Numbered from the whole stretch's first letter, positions 1 through 13,033 are shown. The stretch is DNA of 63,838 bases, filler included, from Octopus bimaculoides (GCF_001194135.2; 3 parts of 3 records of this genome joined end to end with filler, not necessarily neighbours in it), one strand, 5' to 3'. The notes: generated by a model from the letters alone, not told the origin. Numbers and translations: made by a program.

Positions 1-256
1 CATAAACACACCAGCATTGGTTGTCAAGCAATGCTAGGGGGACAAACACAGACACACAAACACACACACACATATATATATATACATATATACGATGGGC
101 TTCTTTCAGTTTCCGTCTACCAAATCCACTCACAAGGCTTTGGTCGGCCCGAAGCTATAGTAGAAGACACTTGCCCAAGATGCCACGCAGTGGGACTGAA
201 CCTGGAACCATGTGGTTGGTAAGCAAGCTACTTACCACACAGCCACTCCTGCGCCT
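1..256 (-). mobile_element. tRNA-derived SINE, family A (CORE-like segment, internal TA/CA microsatellite), truncated by window edge
   Basis: Head aggcgcaggagtggctgtgtggtaag...ggttcagtcccactgcgtggca; near-identical to the copies at 3120 and 20266. Confidence 0.85.
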
Positions 257-385
257 ATATATATTTTTGACTTCTTTTTTTTAGCGATATATATATATTT
301 ATATATGGGTACATATACTGTGTGTATATGTATATATGTAACCCATGCTAGCATGGAAAGCGGACGTTAAACGAACGATATATAT

Positions 386-464
<79 letters not shown>

Positions 465-481
465 CACACACATATATATAT

Positions 482-524
<43 letters not shown>

Positions 525-1579
525 TATATATATATATACACACACACACATATATATATATATACACACACACACATATATATATATATATANNNNNNNN
601 NNNNNNNNNNNNNNNNNNNNNNNNNNNNNNNNNNNNNNNNNNNNNNNNNNNNNNNNNNNNNNNNNNNNNNNNNNNNNNNNNNNNNNNNNNNNNNNNNNNN
701 NNNNNNNNNNNNNNNNNNNNNNNNNNNNNNNNNNNNNNNNNNNNNNNNNNNNNNNNNNNNNNNNNNNNNNNNNNNNNNNNNNNNNNNNNNNNNNNNNNNN
801 NNNNNNNNNNNNNNNNNNNNNNNNNNNNNNNNNNNNNNNNNNNNNNNNNNNNNNNNNNNNNNNNNNNNNNNNNNNNNNNNNNNNNNNNNNNNNNNNNNNN
901 NNNNNNNNNNNNNNNNNNNNNNNNNNNNNNNNNNNNNNNNNNNNNNNNNNNNNNNNNNNNNNNNNNNNNNNNNNNNNNNNNNNNNNNNNNNNNNNNNNNN
1001 NNNNNNNNNNNNNNNNNNNNNNNNNNNNNNNNNNNNNNNNNNNNNNNNNNNNNNNNNNNNNNNNNNNNNNNNNNNNNNNNNNNNNNNNNNNNNNNNNNNN
1101 NNNNNNNNNNNNNNNNNNNNNNNNNNNNNNNNNNNNNNNNNNNNNNNNNNNNNNNNNNNNNNNNNNNNNNNNNNNNNNNNNNNNNNNNNNNNNNNNNNNN
1201 NNNNNNNNNNNNNNNNNNNNNNNNNNNNNNNNNNNNNNNNNNNNNNNNNNNNNNNNNNNNNNNNNNNNNNNNNGTTCTCCCTGATGAGAAACAAGTGATT
1301 ATTCCAGCAACCCTTTCTTTTTTTGTGAAATGGCCCTCACTTGCTTCGAAACATCTATGTAGGAATTAAAGGAACTTTCATCGACATGCGTTTTGCTCCA
1401 TTTGTTGTTATTACCCATATATTCTCAAAATGTATCACGTTAACTCTGTATATCAACCTGTAAATCGGCTGGGATATCTTGTTTTTTAGTGTAATTTTGC
1501 TACCCCTGGTAACTATTAACGGATTCAAATTATCAAAAGTTTCAATAACTGAGATAATATTAATACACATAAAATAATA

Positions 1580-1615
<36 letters not shown>

Positions 1616-2487
1616 GATTAGATCTAGCTATACAAGACATCAAGTTTAATAAACTATGTAAATATTCTAAAAGAGGAATGAATTGAAATATCTGTATAAA
1701 GTTTGGTAGCTTAGCCATGTACATAACAAACACTTTATCAGATTATAATAGAAGATTACTTTGTGTTCAGATAGTTAAATTAAAATATCTTTATGTTGTG
1801 CATGGGTAGAATATTAGTTATCAAAGTAATATTTTTGTAGGCCTAATCTCTTACCTGGTTTAAGACCACCACCTGGTCATTGGTGTTTTCAGTAAAGAAC
1901 ACTCTGCTGCAAACATTTGGAATAGGTTTTTAATCAGAAAATATTTTTTTCCCTTCCTTCCAGTTGTCACAAAGATCTATAAAAAATCATGGCTGCTGTC
2001 CATCTATTACTAAATAAACTATGGTCAAAACAACTGGATTCCTTTTCTAACAACTAACATTCAGTTGTGATATGTGAGCAGAACTTGCTACTTCACCTGG
2101 TTTACTAGAATGAAACATGAACCACTGCATAGCTCATTGAATCACTCTGTGATCTCAATTGTTTCATAAAAGTATTGCTCTCTTACTTTTTGCTATTAAC
2201 CTGTAGCTATGCTGAGGCACCACCATTGTTTGAAAATACATGTAATTTAAAACAAAAATAGCTAAATATTTTGCTCAAGTGACTGAAGTTAAATTTGAAA
2301 CCATATCCATGTGGTCAGTATCTCAGAACTTTGACCTTACAATCTTTGTGTCACATGTGTGAAATTATTATAATAGTCAACATATATTATCATTCTTCAG
2401 AATATCTTGCTAAATGCATTTGATAATTTTATAACTTAAATTTTTTTCAAGTTTCTATTATTTTTCTGTTATTGTTTCTATTTCCAG

Positions 2488-2550
2488 ATTGATACTAAAC
2501 AAGTTTCAGATATCATAGATTGTTCTGCTCGTAAAGCTGGAACTATAGAG
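2488..2550 (+). CDS. KIF28: KIF28/KLP-6-like kinesin-3, first exon visible in window (IDTKQVSDIIDCSARKAGTIE)
   Basis: tttccag acceptor, GTGAGT donor, 63 nt, phase 0/0, in frame with the next exon. The 5' part of the gene (motor domain) is not found in the window and presumably lies upstream. Confidence 0.8.
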
Positions 2551-3119
2551 GTGAGTGGAATGCTTTTGTTAATTGAATTTATTAGTACTATCTGATAATT
2601 CTGATACATAGCTTGTCAATAGTTGGCAAAAATTATGTTCCGAAAGAAGTATGCTACATCATGATCTTGACTTCACTTCAAGGCACATAGTCTTTAAAAG
2701 TCCACTCCCCTGATCTCTCTTTGGGCCTGTTCCTACATATCTAGAAGCTTGGTTTGTTCATATGGAGATGATCTAAAAGGAATGTCTATTTTAATCGTTT
2801 ATACAACATCATTATTATTATGATTATAGTCTGTAAATTTCAAGATGGTCAAGGCTGAATGATATGCATTATAATATGATTTTGTAGAAACTTTCTTGGC
2901 AGGCATTAGGTAAGGAAGAAAACATAAAGTAATTAAGATTATTTACAACCATTTTCATTAAGTGAAAACCATGCATGGTATAGTTGTTAGTTGAGTCTGA
3001 GAATGTGACGGGACATGTTTTCTGTTTCCATAAGTTAAGAGAGATAAGTATTGAAACAAAACTTAATGACTTGTAGAGACGTGGTATTTCATTATGCAAC
3101 CATAAAATACTATAAAGTG

Positions 3120-3325
3120 TACTCTTTTACTTGTTTCAGTCATTTGACTGCGGCCATGCTGGAGCACCGCCTTTAGTCAAGCAAATCGACCTTGGGACTT
3201 ATTCTTTGTAAGCCTAGTACTTATTCTATCGGTCTCTTTTGCCGAACCGCTAAGTGACGGGGACATAAACACACCAGCATCGGTTGTCAAGCAATGCTAG
3301 GGGGGACAAACACAGACACACAAAT

Positions 3326-3366
<41 letters not shown>

Positions 3367-3544
3367 CACATATATACAACGGGCTTCTTTCAGTTTCCAT
3401 CTACCAAATCCACTCACAAGGCTTTGGTTGGCCTGAGGCTATATATAGTAGAAGACACTTGCCCAAAGTGCCACGCAGTGGGACTGAACCCGGGACCATG
3501 TGGTTGGTTAGCAAGCTACTTACCACACAGCCACTCCTGTGCCT
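3120..3544 (-). mobile_element. SINE family A, full-length copy
   Basis: Head, core, internal microsatellite and the 3' tail ...gactgaaacaagtaaaagagta are all present. Confidence 0.9.
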
Positions 3545-4215
3545 ATGTATTAAATGTTTTTATAAGTCAACACCATGTTCTATTACATTAGCAGTGTTCT
3601 TTACATTTTGTCAAGGATATTTCTACTGATTTTTAAAAAAAATTAGTGCTGGCTGTAATTTCTGTAGAAATATCCTGAACAAAATAATATTAAAACAAAG
3701 GATAAAATGTTTACTGAAGCATCATTGCAAATTGTAGATGTGCAACAAATGTGATATATCGTTTCAGTCATCTTTTTAGCAGGTTTTGATGTGTGAGATA
3801 CAAAACAAATTTGATTCAAAGGGTAGGTGGTAAAGTAACTCTGTTCTTTTCAATTAATTCCAAACTTTTATGTCCATCAATCTAACTACAAAATCTAAAT
3901 TTCTCTCTTTCTCTTTATTACTCCCTCTCTTTTTCTCCCTCATACACAAGTTTACACATATGTATAAAGAATGTACTCTAATTTTACATACACACACACA
4001 CACACACACAAACACATATACACATGCATGCATACATGCACACACATACATACACACATCTTAAGTTTGACTATTCTCGATCATAGCCACTGCTTCAAGT
4101 CTTCATGCTGGCTATGAAATATTTAGGCATCATTTCAAAGAAAAAATATTTTTAAAATATCCATAATGGAACAATAGTGTACCTTAATAAGAAATAACTA
4201 TTACTCTACATAATT

Positions 4216-4602
4216 GTTGTTGTTGGCACTCCGTTGCTTACGACGTCAAGGGTTCCAGTTGATCCGATCAACGGAACAGCCTGCTCGTGAAATTAACGTG
4301 CAAATGGTTGAGCACTCCACAGACACGTGTACCCTTAACGTAGTTCTCGGGGATATTCAGCACGACACAGTGTGACAAGGCTGACCCTTTGAATTACAGG
4401 CACAACAGAAACAGGAAATAAGAGTGAGAGAAAGTTGTGGTGAAAGAGTACAGCAAGGTTCGCCACCATCCCCTGCTGGAGCCTCGTGGAGCTTTAGGTG
4501 TTTTCGCTCAAAAAACACTCACAACGCCCGGTCTGGGAATCGAAACCGCGATCCTATGACCGCGAGTCCACTGCCCTAACCACTGGGCCATTGCGCCTCC
4601 AC
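4216..4602 (-). mobile_element. tRNA-derived SINE, family B (octopus OK/OR-type), near intact, (AAC)n tail
   Basis: Pol III A box TGGCCCAGTGG and B box GGTTTCGATTCC on the minus strand; 12-bp TSD ctctac(a/g)taatt at 4204-4215 and 4603-4614. Confidence 0.88.
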
Positions 4603-4823
4603 CTCTACGTAATTATCTATGTATGAATACTAATTTCTTGATTCTCAAGTTTAAAAATACTAAAAGTAACATATTTGGGAAGTTGAGCACCCTGAACAAA
4701 CCTACACACAAAAGGGACATTGACTTTGCAAGCTACAAAGTGGGCAACTTGTTGATGAAGTTGAGCAATTGAAACAAACCCACAGAAACAGATGTGGGCT
4801 CTGCGAGTTGTAGAGAGTTACTT

Positions 4824-5040
4824 AATAATGGTTTCAAATTTTGGCACAAGGCCGGCAATTTCAGGAGAAGGGGTAAGTTGATTACATTGACCCTGGTGAT
4901 CAATTGCTACTTATTTTATCAACACTGAAAAGACGAAAGGCAAAGTTGACCTCAGCAGAATTTGAATTCAGAGCGTAAAGACCGATAAAATGCCGTTATG
5001 CATTTTGTCCTCCATGTTAACAATCTTGCCAGCCTGTTGC
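4824..5040 (-). mobile_element. SINE family C (Nin/Deu-domain-like), diverged
   Basis: Minus strand reads ...gtcaactttgcctttcgtcttttcagtgttgataaaataagtagc..., resembling the Nin/Deu central domain; homologous to 32869-33087. Confidence 0.7.
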
Positions 5041-5258
5041 TTTAGAGTTATTTAATAATACCTATTTGTTTCCAAACTCTATTAAATATATTTTTTAACT
5101 CTAATAACCTTCTTTTCTCTCTCTATCACTCCCCCTCATTAATTGCTTTTACCTAAAGATTGAGTCTTTGCAGGGAATTTTCCATGAGTGGTTATGGTAA
5201 CTCAACATGGACACAGCATATTTCACACAGATGTTTTAAAAACAATTATATTACTGTT

Positions 5259-5555
5259 ATTCGAGCGAGATCGTTGCCAGTGCCCCTGGACTGGCTCTTG
5301 TGTGGGTGTCACATAAAATACACCAGTTTGAGCGTGGCTGTTGCCAGTACCGCCTGACTGGCCTTCGTGCGGGTGACACGTAAAAGCACCCACTACACTC
5401 TCTGAGTGGTTGGCGTTAGGAAGGGCATCCAGCTGTAGAAACTCTGCCAATTCAGATTGGAGCCTGGTGTTGCCATCCGGTTTCACCAGTCCTCAGTCAA
5501 ATCGTCCAACCCATGCTAGCATGGAAAGCGGACGTTAAACGATGATGATGATGAT
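5259..5555 (+). mobile_element. RTE-clade LINE 3' UTR fragment with (GAT)n tail
   Basis: Ends catgctagcatggaaagcggacgttaaacgatgatgatgat, the same end joined to RT coding sequence at 50519-51625. Other tail fragments lie at 341-379, 48880-49050, 49500-49563 and 57255-57380. Confidence 0.85.
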
Positions 5556-6229
5556 ATTGTTATTCCCTTAATTTCTTTGATTTTCATCAGGGATTTCTAT
5601 AGATTTGATAATAATTGCTACGAACCCCATGGAAAATTCTTTTAGTTTCAAAAGACTTCTGTCCCCTACCTTCTTGTCTCCTATTCCATCTCTCTCTCTT
5701 TCCCTCTCTATTATTATCCTTCTCTCTTTCCCTCTCAATTGTTATCCCTCACTTTCTCTATCCCTCTATTTTTCTATCCGTATCTATCATATCTTTTTCT
5801 ATCATATCTATTCCTATATTTCAATGGCTTTTAACTGAAATATGTTAAATTAAGCAAGTAATTGTCATTATTGTTGTTGTTGTCGTCCCCTTTCCATGTC
5901 CTAAAGTGATTGGTGACAGGATAGGCATTATTCCCATTCTCCTACCTCCCCACAACCAAAAAGACATGCTAAAATCCTTACAGTCAAAAACACATTGAAA
6001 ATTTCTAATTGTACTTTCAAAACTTATTGTATTTGTGCTGCAGGGAAGCCAGATGGGAACTGTACCTGTAAGGCCATGAATAGTTTTAGAACCTTTTCCA
6101 TCTGTATCATATTTTCTCTCAATTTCTCACTTTTTAACCTTACAGCCAGGCTATCACATTTCAGATATAGCACTTGGTACTCAAAAGCAAATTTCATAAT
6201 TATTCATTTGATTCAATTCCATATTGCAG

Positions 6230-6376
6230 GTGCAACTCATTCCTTGCGATGAAAATTCTAAAGACTTGATTGATAGCGAGGAGAGTTTTTTTTCTGAACC
6301 AGAGGAACGTCTGAATAAAGACTTACATTTCAAAGTTAAAATCTTACAAGCTTATGGGTTATCAAACCGTTTCACA
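6230..6376 (+). CDS. KIF28: KIF28/KLP-6-like exon (VQLIPCDENSKDLIDSEESFFSEPEERLNKDLHFKVKILQAYGLSNRFT)
   Basis: ttgcag acceptor, GTATGT donor, 147 nt open. It matches the recalled KLP-6/KIF28 tail pattern (V.L.PC...F...PEE...K.L.FKVKI...GL..R) at the start of a C2-like region. Confidence 0.88.
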
Positions 6377-6920
6377 GTATGTATTTAATGATTACAATTA
6401 TGAATGTTGATATTGTCAAGAAATGTAGTCATTGTAAAAAGAGAAATGCAGCAATCTATTGAGTTGGACATTTGATTTGTTAATATAGTTGCTATCCTTA
6501 TATTCTGCCTTAGTAGTCTACTTTTTTTTGAAATGACATACAAGTACATTGGTTATATATTATACCACTCAAACCTTATTTATATTGTTTAGTTTAGGAA
6601 ATGAAGAAATGAAAGGAAATACTGGAAGCAACTTTATTCATTCTATAGTTCTAAATTTTATTTACTGAAATACAAATCATCTTTACTAAAATATTGAACT
6701 CTGAAGAGTTGCAAAGGAAAATGCCTTTTGCGGAAATTTAAAACTGTTTACTTGTTTCTTTTTTTTTTAATCAAATTCCATTGGATTTAGTGTGCAATGC
6801 CAATGTAATAAAGCATTAGTAAATTTGTAATTTAGTGAAGGATAAATCATTTAGTTAATTAATGGAGTATGAGTACCACATGGTTAGGAACAAATATGTA
6901 CACTCACATCTTATGTGGTA

Positions 6921-7197
6921 TACTCTTTTACTCTTTTACTTGTTTCAGTCACACACCAGCATCGGTTGTCAAGCAATGCTAGGGGGACAAACATAGACGC
7001 ACAAACACACACACACACATATATATATACATATATACGACGGGGTTCTTTCAGTTTCCATCTACCAAATCCACTCACAAGGCTTTGGTCGGCCCGAGGC
7101 TATAGTAGAAGACACTTGCCCAAGGTGCCACGCAGTGAGACTGAACCCAGAACCATGTGGTTGGTAAGCAAGCTACTTACCACACAGCCACTCCTGC
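6921..7197 (-). mobile_element. SINE family A, internally deleted copy
   Basis: Same head and tail as 3120-3544 but lacking about 140 nt near the 3' end. Confidence 0.85.
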
Positions 7198-7743
7198 AAA
7201 CATATAGTTAGTCTTGCTGTTAAAATAAAATCAGGGAATAAACCACAGACCCATTAACACCTTGAATTGCCAATTGAACCACACTGAAATAGTGTGTTAA
7301 TACTTCTTCATATGAAGCTGTGAGTTTCTAATCTTCAATAAATAGAAGAGGAGGTGATTCCTGATGAGTCGATTCTCAAGCTTGTGTTTTTTTATCCACA
7401 TATTCTGTTTTTTTGATAACAAAACTAAATACATTTTCATTGAATAGGTTATATATGCTTTTGTATATTTAATTTTGACAATGCCTTGAAATTGTTATAT
7501 TTATGTACCCTTCAATTCCACCAGTATTTTTAATCACCTCATTTTGTACAAAGTTGTATGGACTTGTAGGAATCATGTTGGCTTTCTCAATATGCAATAT
7601 ACACATAATACCAACATACCTGGACCTATGGAGTTGATATGCTTATCAAAAATATTCAAAAAGCTTTACATGCTTGAAAATGTGATACATTTTAGATAAA
7701 GGAATTCTTGCTCATTTGTAGTTTTGAACTATTTGGGTATCAA

Positions 7744-8974
7744 TATGAGGGTGAATCAAAAATTATACACACTTCCGTTTGTGTAATTTATTAAAAAAAA
7801 AGCAGGGTTGAACAATTACATCCTTTTTCGATGCGGTCTCCTTGTTTTTCAATGTACATCTTCCTGTGGTCCACAAGCTTTTTATTCTATCAAAGAAGGT
7901 TTCAGCTAGTTCTTGCTGCCATTTATGCACATTTCTTGCACTTTTTCACCCATAGCAAATCACCGACCTTGTAAAAGATGTTTGAGCAGTCCAAAGAGGT
8001 GATAGTTGGAAGGGGTGGGATCTGGATTACATGCAGGTTGTTTCAGCAAATACATACCCAATTTTATAAAGGTTTTAATGATGTGGGCAGCTGTATGTGT
8101 GCATGCATTGTCATGCAACAATAATACTTGCTTTGACAACAGACCTTGGCATTTGGTGTGAATTGTTTGTTTCATTTTGTTGGCCAGTATTTTATTGGTG
8201 ATTGTAGACTCCTTTTCCAGGTAATGTTCACTATAAGCCTTATTGCATCACAAAAACAGTTAGCATCACTTTTGCTGTGGAAGGTTGACTATTGAATTTC
8301 TTTTTCACTGGCAATTCTGGGCGTTTCCACTTCATACTCTACATTTTGGATTCCGACTCAAAATGATGGATCCAGGTCACATCTCATTTGACTATTCGCT
8401 CCAAAAAAAGCTTCACATTCATTGTTACAACAGTTGAGTAAGCATTGAGAGATCATCACATGATTGTGCTTGTTTGTCTTGATAAGCTCACTTGGTACCC
8501 ATCTCACACAAACTTTATGCCAGTGAAGCTTGTCATAGATGATTTCATCTGCAGAACCATAACTAATTTTCAGGAAAAACTCAGTTCACCAGCACCATCT
8601 CTTGAACTTGCTGAATTTTCACATCTACAGTAGAGATTGATGGGTATTTTGTTCTGTCTTCATGCATCATACTTGTCCAGTCATACACACTTCTATGTAG
8701 TAGAGCTTGCCCCCCCCCCNNNNNNNNNNNNNNNNNNNNNNNNNNNNNNNNATATTGTACTGAAAGCCTGTGATGACACCCCCTCAGAACAGAGAAATTG
8801 GATCACTGATCTCTGTTCTTCTTTGGTGCATATTGCCAGCAGAGCAATTAAGGAAAACTGGAGCAATTAAGGTCAAATTTGGGTTACCTAATCATATGCT
8901 AGTGCTGAATGTTGTGTGGTCAATATAAAGAAAATTTTGGCAAAAGTGCAGATAATATTTGATTTCCTCTTTTA
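7744..8974 (-). mobile_element. Decayed mariner transposon, about 1.2 kb with both TIRs
   Basis: Left TIR tatgagggtgaatcaaaaattatacacac and a degenerate right TIR at about 8946-8974. Transposase relic LLLHDNA..H and PDPTPSNYHLF (YSPDLAPSDYHLF-like). Confidence 0.85.
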
Positions 8975-9278
8975 ATGATTAAATAGCTCACTTATAGAAG
9001 CAGTTGGATAGATTCAATAAAATTGAGAGAGTGGGGGGGGGGGAGAAAGAGAATGAGGGAGTCATTAGAAAATACAGTTCTAAAATTGAATAATGTTTAT
9101 AGTTATAGACTTCTTAATTATATCTCGCCCAAAGAATTAATTATAGAGATATGTATGATGCTTTAATAGTTCAGACTATTTTAATTATGCATGTTTCATA
9201 AACAGATATTGTAAAATATCTAATGAAAATTATTTCATTAAATGCTACATATTACTGTTCTTTTTTCCTTTCAAACAG

Positions 9279-9404
9279 GACATATACTGCTCTTTTAAAG
9301 TATATCTAGAGGATACAGAACACAAAACTGAAAAGATTTCAGGAACAGTGAATCCAAAATGGAATTCTTCTAAGTTGTTTTCATTTAAAACAGTGACAAA
9401 ACAA
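9279..9404 (+). CDS. KIF28: KIF28/KLP-6-like exon (DIYCSFKVYLEDTEHKTEKISGTVNPKWNSSKLFSFKTVTKQ)
   Basis: ttttttcctttcaaacag acceptor, GTAAAG donor, 126 nt, phase 0/0. C2-like TxxIsGTxNPxW and FSFKxVTKQ motifs resemble KLP-6/KIF28. Confidence 0.9.
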
Positions 9405-9499
9405 GTAAAGTTCTAATTCTATAATATATTGTTAAAATTGACAAAGTTGAAGTGTGCCAACTGATATAAGTTTAGTAGTGTATATTCATAATAGTTACT

Positions 9500-10880
9500 C
9501 CAGATTACTTGATGACTATGGATATGGTTGTAGGAATGGGAAGTGATCAAAACTTATGGAGTTCTGTGATGCAAATGAACTAGCCATCACTTGTTCACCT
9601 TTCATTGAGGTGAACATATTAGTCATATAGACTTGATATCTCATAGGATATAGACAGATGGTAATAGACAGATGGTAGTAAGTACTAAGCCTTTCTTTAC
9701 TGAAGAATGTACCACCCAGTTTAGGTCACTGATTAGTGACTTCAGAATAAGAGCTAAACAGACTGAGAGATAAAGTATATTCTAGAGAAGGAAAGTGTAG
9801 AAACTGAAATATTCTTCTAATTGATATTTTTTAGAATGGTTTCTAGGTGATATAAATGATAAAGAGGAAAAGGAGACGGAGAATAACTGAGAGTTCCTGT
9901 TACACACACTGCTGAAAGCTACAAAGCACACCTGTGCAGGAGCAAGGTTCTACCCAGATGTAAGGCAACATGGTGGTGGAACAGTGCTGCAGATAGACCT
10001 ATAAAACCTAAAATATAGGTCTGGAAAGACTAGAAAAAAGAGAGTAGCAAACATTTGAATAGCATACAAAGAATTAGAAAGCAGGTGGTTTGTTAATGTT
10101 CTGCTACAAGAGGATCAGAAGTGTGAAGTATTACAGATTGTGAAGCAATGTTTTAGAGTTAATCAAGGCATTATTGGAAAAAAGTGTGCTCAAGGTGACA
10201 GTGGTGCACTTACCCTGACAGTCACAGAGGCTTGAAAATGATATTATGTGAAGTTGCTAAATATAGAAAATATGTGAGAACTACTACTCAAGTAAAGTAG
10301 TCACTTACATTGTCAATTTAGTAAAACAAGGAGATATCATATCCAATGATCCATTTTGCAGAGCAACGAAGATACTTTAGTGAGAAGCAACTGCAAAAAT
10401 ATCTAACTGATAGGCCAAATTATGAAAGTAACAAAAAGTGTTAAAAAGTTGATTAGAAAGAGAATTAGTTTAGATAAGATACAGTTCAGATTTGTACCAA
10501 CTCAGAGTATTATTGATGCCCTCTTCCTAGTGTGACAACTACAAGAGGTTTTTAACTCCAAGAATAAGCTTCCCTACCAAGCATTTATTGATGTGAAGAA
10601 GGCCTTTAATATGGTACAATGATCTGTAGTTTCAGTGGTTCTCAAGTAAACTAAGATGAATGGTTTGTGAAAGTAGTGCAAGCCGAGTACAAAAGTGCTG
10701 TCAGCAGAGTGAGAGTTGGCAATGTAGGAAGAAGTTCACCAAGTCTTAGTTATCAGCCTTCTCCTATTTATTATAGTCCTGCAAACCATAACAGGAATTG
10801 AAAACTGCCTGTATCATATGTTGATGACCCAGTCCTTGTAGCAGATTTGTAGAAGACTTAGGGAAGAAATTCCATGTACT
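9500..10880 (+). mobile_element. Heavily decayed RTE-clade LINE (endonuclease to RT region)
   Basis: Relic motifs LDKIQFRFVP, QLQE, AFIDVKKAF and YVDD-like, with stops and frameshifts; same family as 53770-54292. Confidence 0.7.
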
Positions 10881-11302
10881 AGTCTTGACACCATGCTGTT
10901 ATTCACTGTATTTCTGTTGTTAGTACAAAAGTTTTTGCTATTCAAAATATGCTAGATCTGTTATCCCTATCCATTTGTCTTCTTGTTCCCTCTACACTGT
11001 ATCATTTTCTCAGATCTCATATTAAATACAATATTAAATCTTCCTTTCCCATGAGTGCAACTTATCTAATTTACACTTTCTTCTTGAAAAAATATTTGCT
11101 GGAAGAAAAGAAATGTGCATTAAGTTGTAATAAATACTGATGAATTAGATTTATTCAAAGTATGTTAAATGACTTTTGCTTCATATTATATTAACTTCCA
11201 CAATGTAACATTTATTAACTGTATATTATGTTCCGAATAAGTGATGTTAGTAATGGTCAACATTCAGTGTGGATTATTGCCTTTTTATTTTATTAAAGGT
11301 CG

Positions 11303-11680
11303 ATTTTGCTGTGTCTAGGGATAGTCTTTATGCCAATATTATTAAAACACACCGTGGTAAATTCCACTCCTTTATTATTAGTCAACTGGTTAAATATTTA
11401 ACTAACTAATTAATTGTTTGTTTGTTTAATTTGATTAAACAGTAAGTCATTTGTTTTGTTTTTGTTTGTCAAAGCTCTTTCGTTGCTATTTGCAACCTTT
11501 TCAATGACTTTTGACTTAGTCTGTTATGGAGGCTGCAAAACAAATGACGAACCAAATTAAACAAACAATTAGTTAGTTAGTCGAATATTTAACCAACTGA
11601 CTAATAATAAAGGAGTGGAATTGAACGAGTGTGTGTATTAATAATATTGACATAATGACTCTTCCTAGACACAACAAAAT
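11303..11680. mobile_element. Foldback MITE with about 150-bp terminal inverted repeats
   Basis: Arm 11303-11458 is the reverse complement of 11536-11680, with a 77-bp spacer. Long TIRs suggest Mutator-like origin; no TSD was found. Confidence 0.8.
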
Positions 11681-11914
11681 TTGTTTCAACACACGAATTC
11701 ACATAAAGAATCTTTCAAATCAGATACAAAAACAAAGGTTGATTATTTTACTAGAAAAGCTAATAAATTTTATTAAAACTTTTTTAGAGTTCTTTACTAT
11801 TTGCAAGAAAATGAATTGAATAAACAAGTAGTTAACTATTTTCTTTTTATTTCTGTTTATTAAGTTTTTATTTGTGTAGCTGGAATTTGTTTTAAAAAAT
11901 TCTTTTGTTAAAGC

Positions 11915-13033
11915 TTATGTATGGTAAACACTTTTATTTATACTTTTGAGGACTTTCTGCAATTCACTCTGGATCTTGATAATGGTGTTGAAATGACAAC
12001 CTTTGAGCTGTATTTTCATCTTGGAGAAGAGATGGTAGTCTGCAGGTGTCAAATCTGGTGAATAGAGTCGATGTGGAAGTGATATTATGTTGTTTTTGGT
12101 GAAAAATTTGTGAGTGAAGAGAGCTTGATGACATGGTGCATCATTGTCATGAAGAATCCAATTCTTTGCACTCCACACATCCGGTCACTTTTGCCAAATG
12201 TCCTTCCTCAAATGCTTCAAAACGTTTCAGTAGAACTTTAAATTAATGGTCTGGCTCCGAATGATGAATTCTCAATGGACAATACTATGGATGTCAAGAA
12301 AAGAAAATGAGCATGCTTTTTATTGAGCTGCAGCTCTGTCATGCCTTCTTTGGTCACGGAGATGAAGATCTCTTCCATTGAGACAACTGCTGCTTCATCT
12401 CAGGGTTGTACCCATAGACCCAACTCCCATCACCAGTGATGATCCTTGACATGAAGGATGGGCCATTAGTAGCATGTTGATGGAGATCTCGACAGACTTC
12501 GATGTGATGTTCTTTCTGCTCAGTGGTCAACAGGCGGGGGACAAACTTGGCAGAGACACACCACATGTTCAATTCAGACGTTAGGAATGCCTGCACAGAC
12601 ACATACAACAGACCAAAAACATAGCAATGTCATTGATTGTCTTTCAACGATCCTCATGCATAAGCTGATGAATTTTCTCCATAGTCCTGGGTGTGATGCA
12701 TGTGGCAGGTCTTCCCATATTGCTCAACATCTTCCAGGGACGTTCTTCCACTTTTGAAGCACTTGTGCCAATTGAGACATTGCATATGACCCATTGCCTC
12801 ATTGCTATAAGCTTGTCAAAGTATGCTCTTTGTTCCAACTTCCTGCCCATGACAAAAATTGTAGACTACAGCATACACATGATCACAAAAACACAAATTT
12901 CATAACTTGCAAAGTAAACACAGCAATGTCACTTGACATACTGCCTTGTGAAAGTCACTGCTAGCTCTCACTGTATATACAACCATATGTTGCCATTTGT
13001 ACTAGTCTGGAAACTTCTTGATACTCCCTCATA
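11915..13033 (-). mobile_element. Decayed mariner transposon (second family), one TIR retained
   Basis: Relic ORFs KFVPRLLT, IITGDGSWVYGY, WILHDN and SPDLTPADYHLF; TIR actagtctggaaacttcttgatactccctcata at 13001-13033. Confidence 0.88.

Noticed and set aside
299-1298. Long ORFs spanning N runs (also 13864-14484, 20362-21211, 32006-32551, 39748-40690, 60205-60932)
   Set aside because: Open only because N codons translate as X; the flanks are microsatellites or SINEs.
1355-1615. 86-aa minus-strand ORF or an upstream kinesin exon in 1300-2480
   Set aside because: The ORF starts in a (TA)n tract. The acceptor-like site at about 1963 is closed in all frames, and no expected upstream kinesin motif is present.
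4530-4602. tRNA gene
   Set aside because: The A/B boxes belong to a SINE head that continues into a non-tRNA body, an (AAC)n tail and TSDs.
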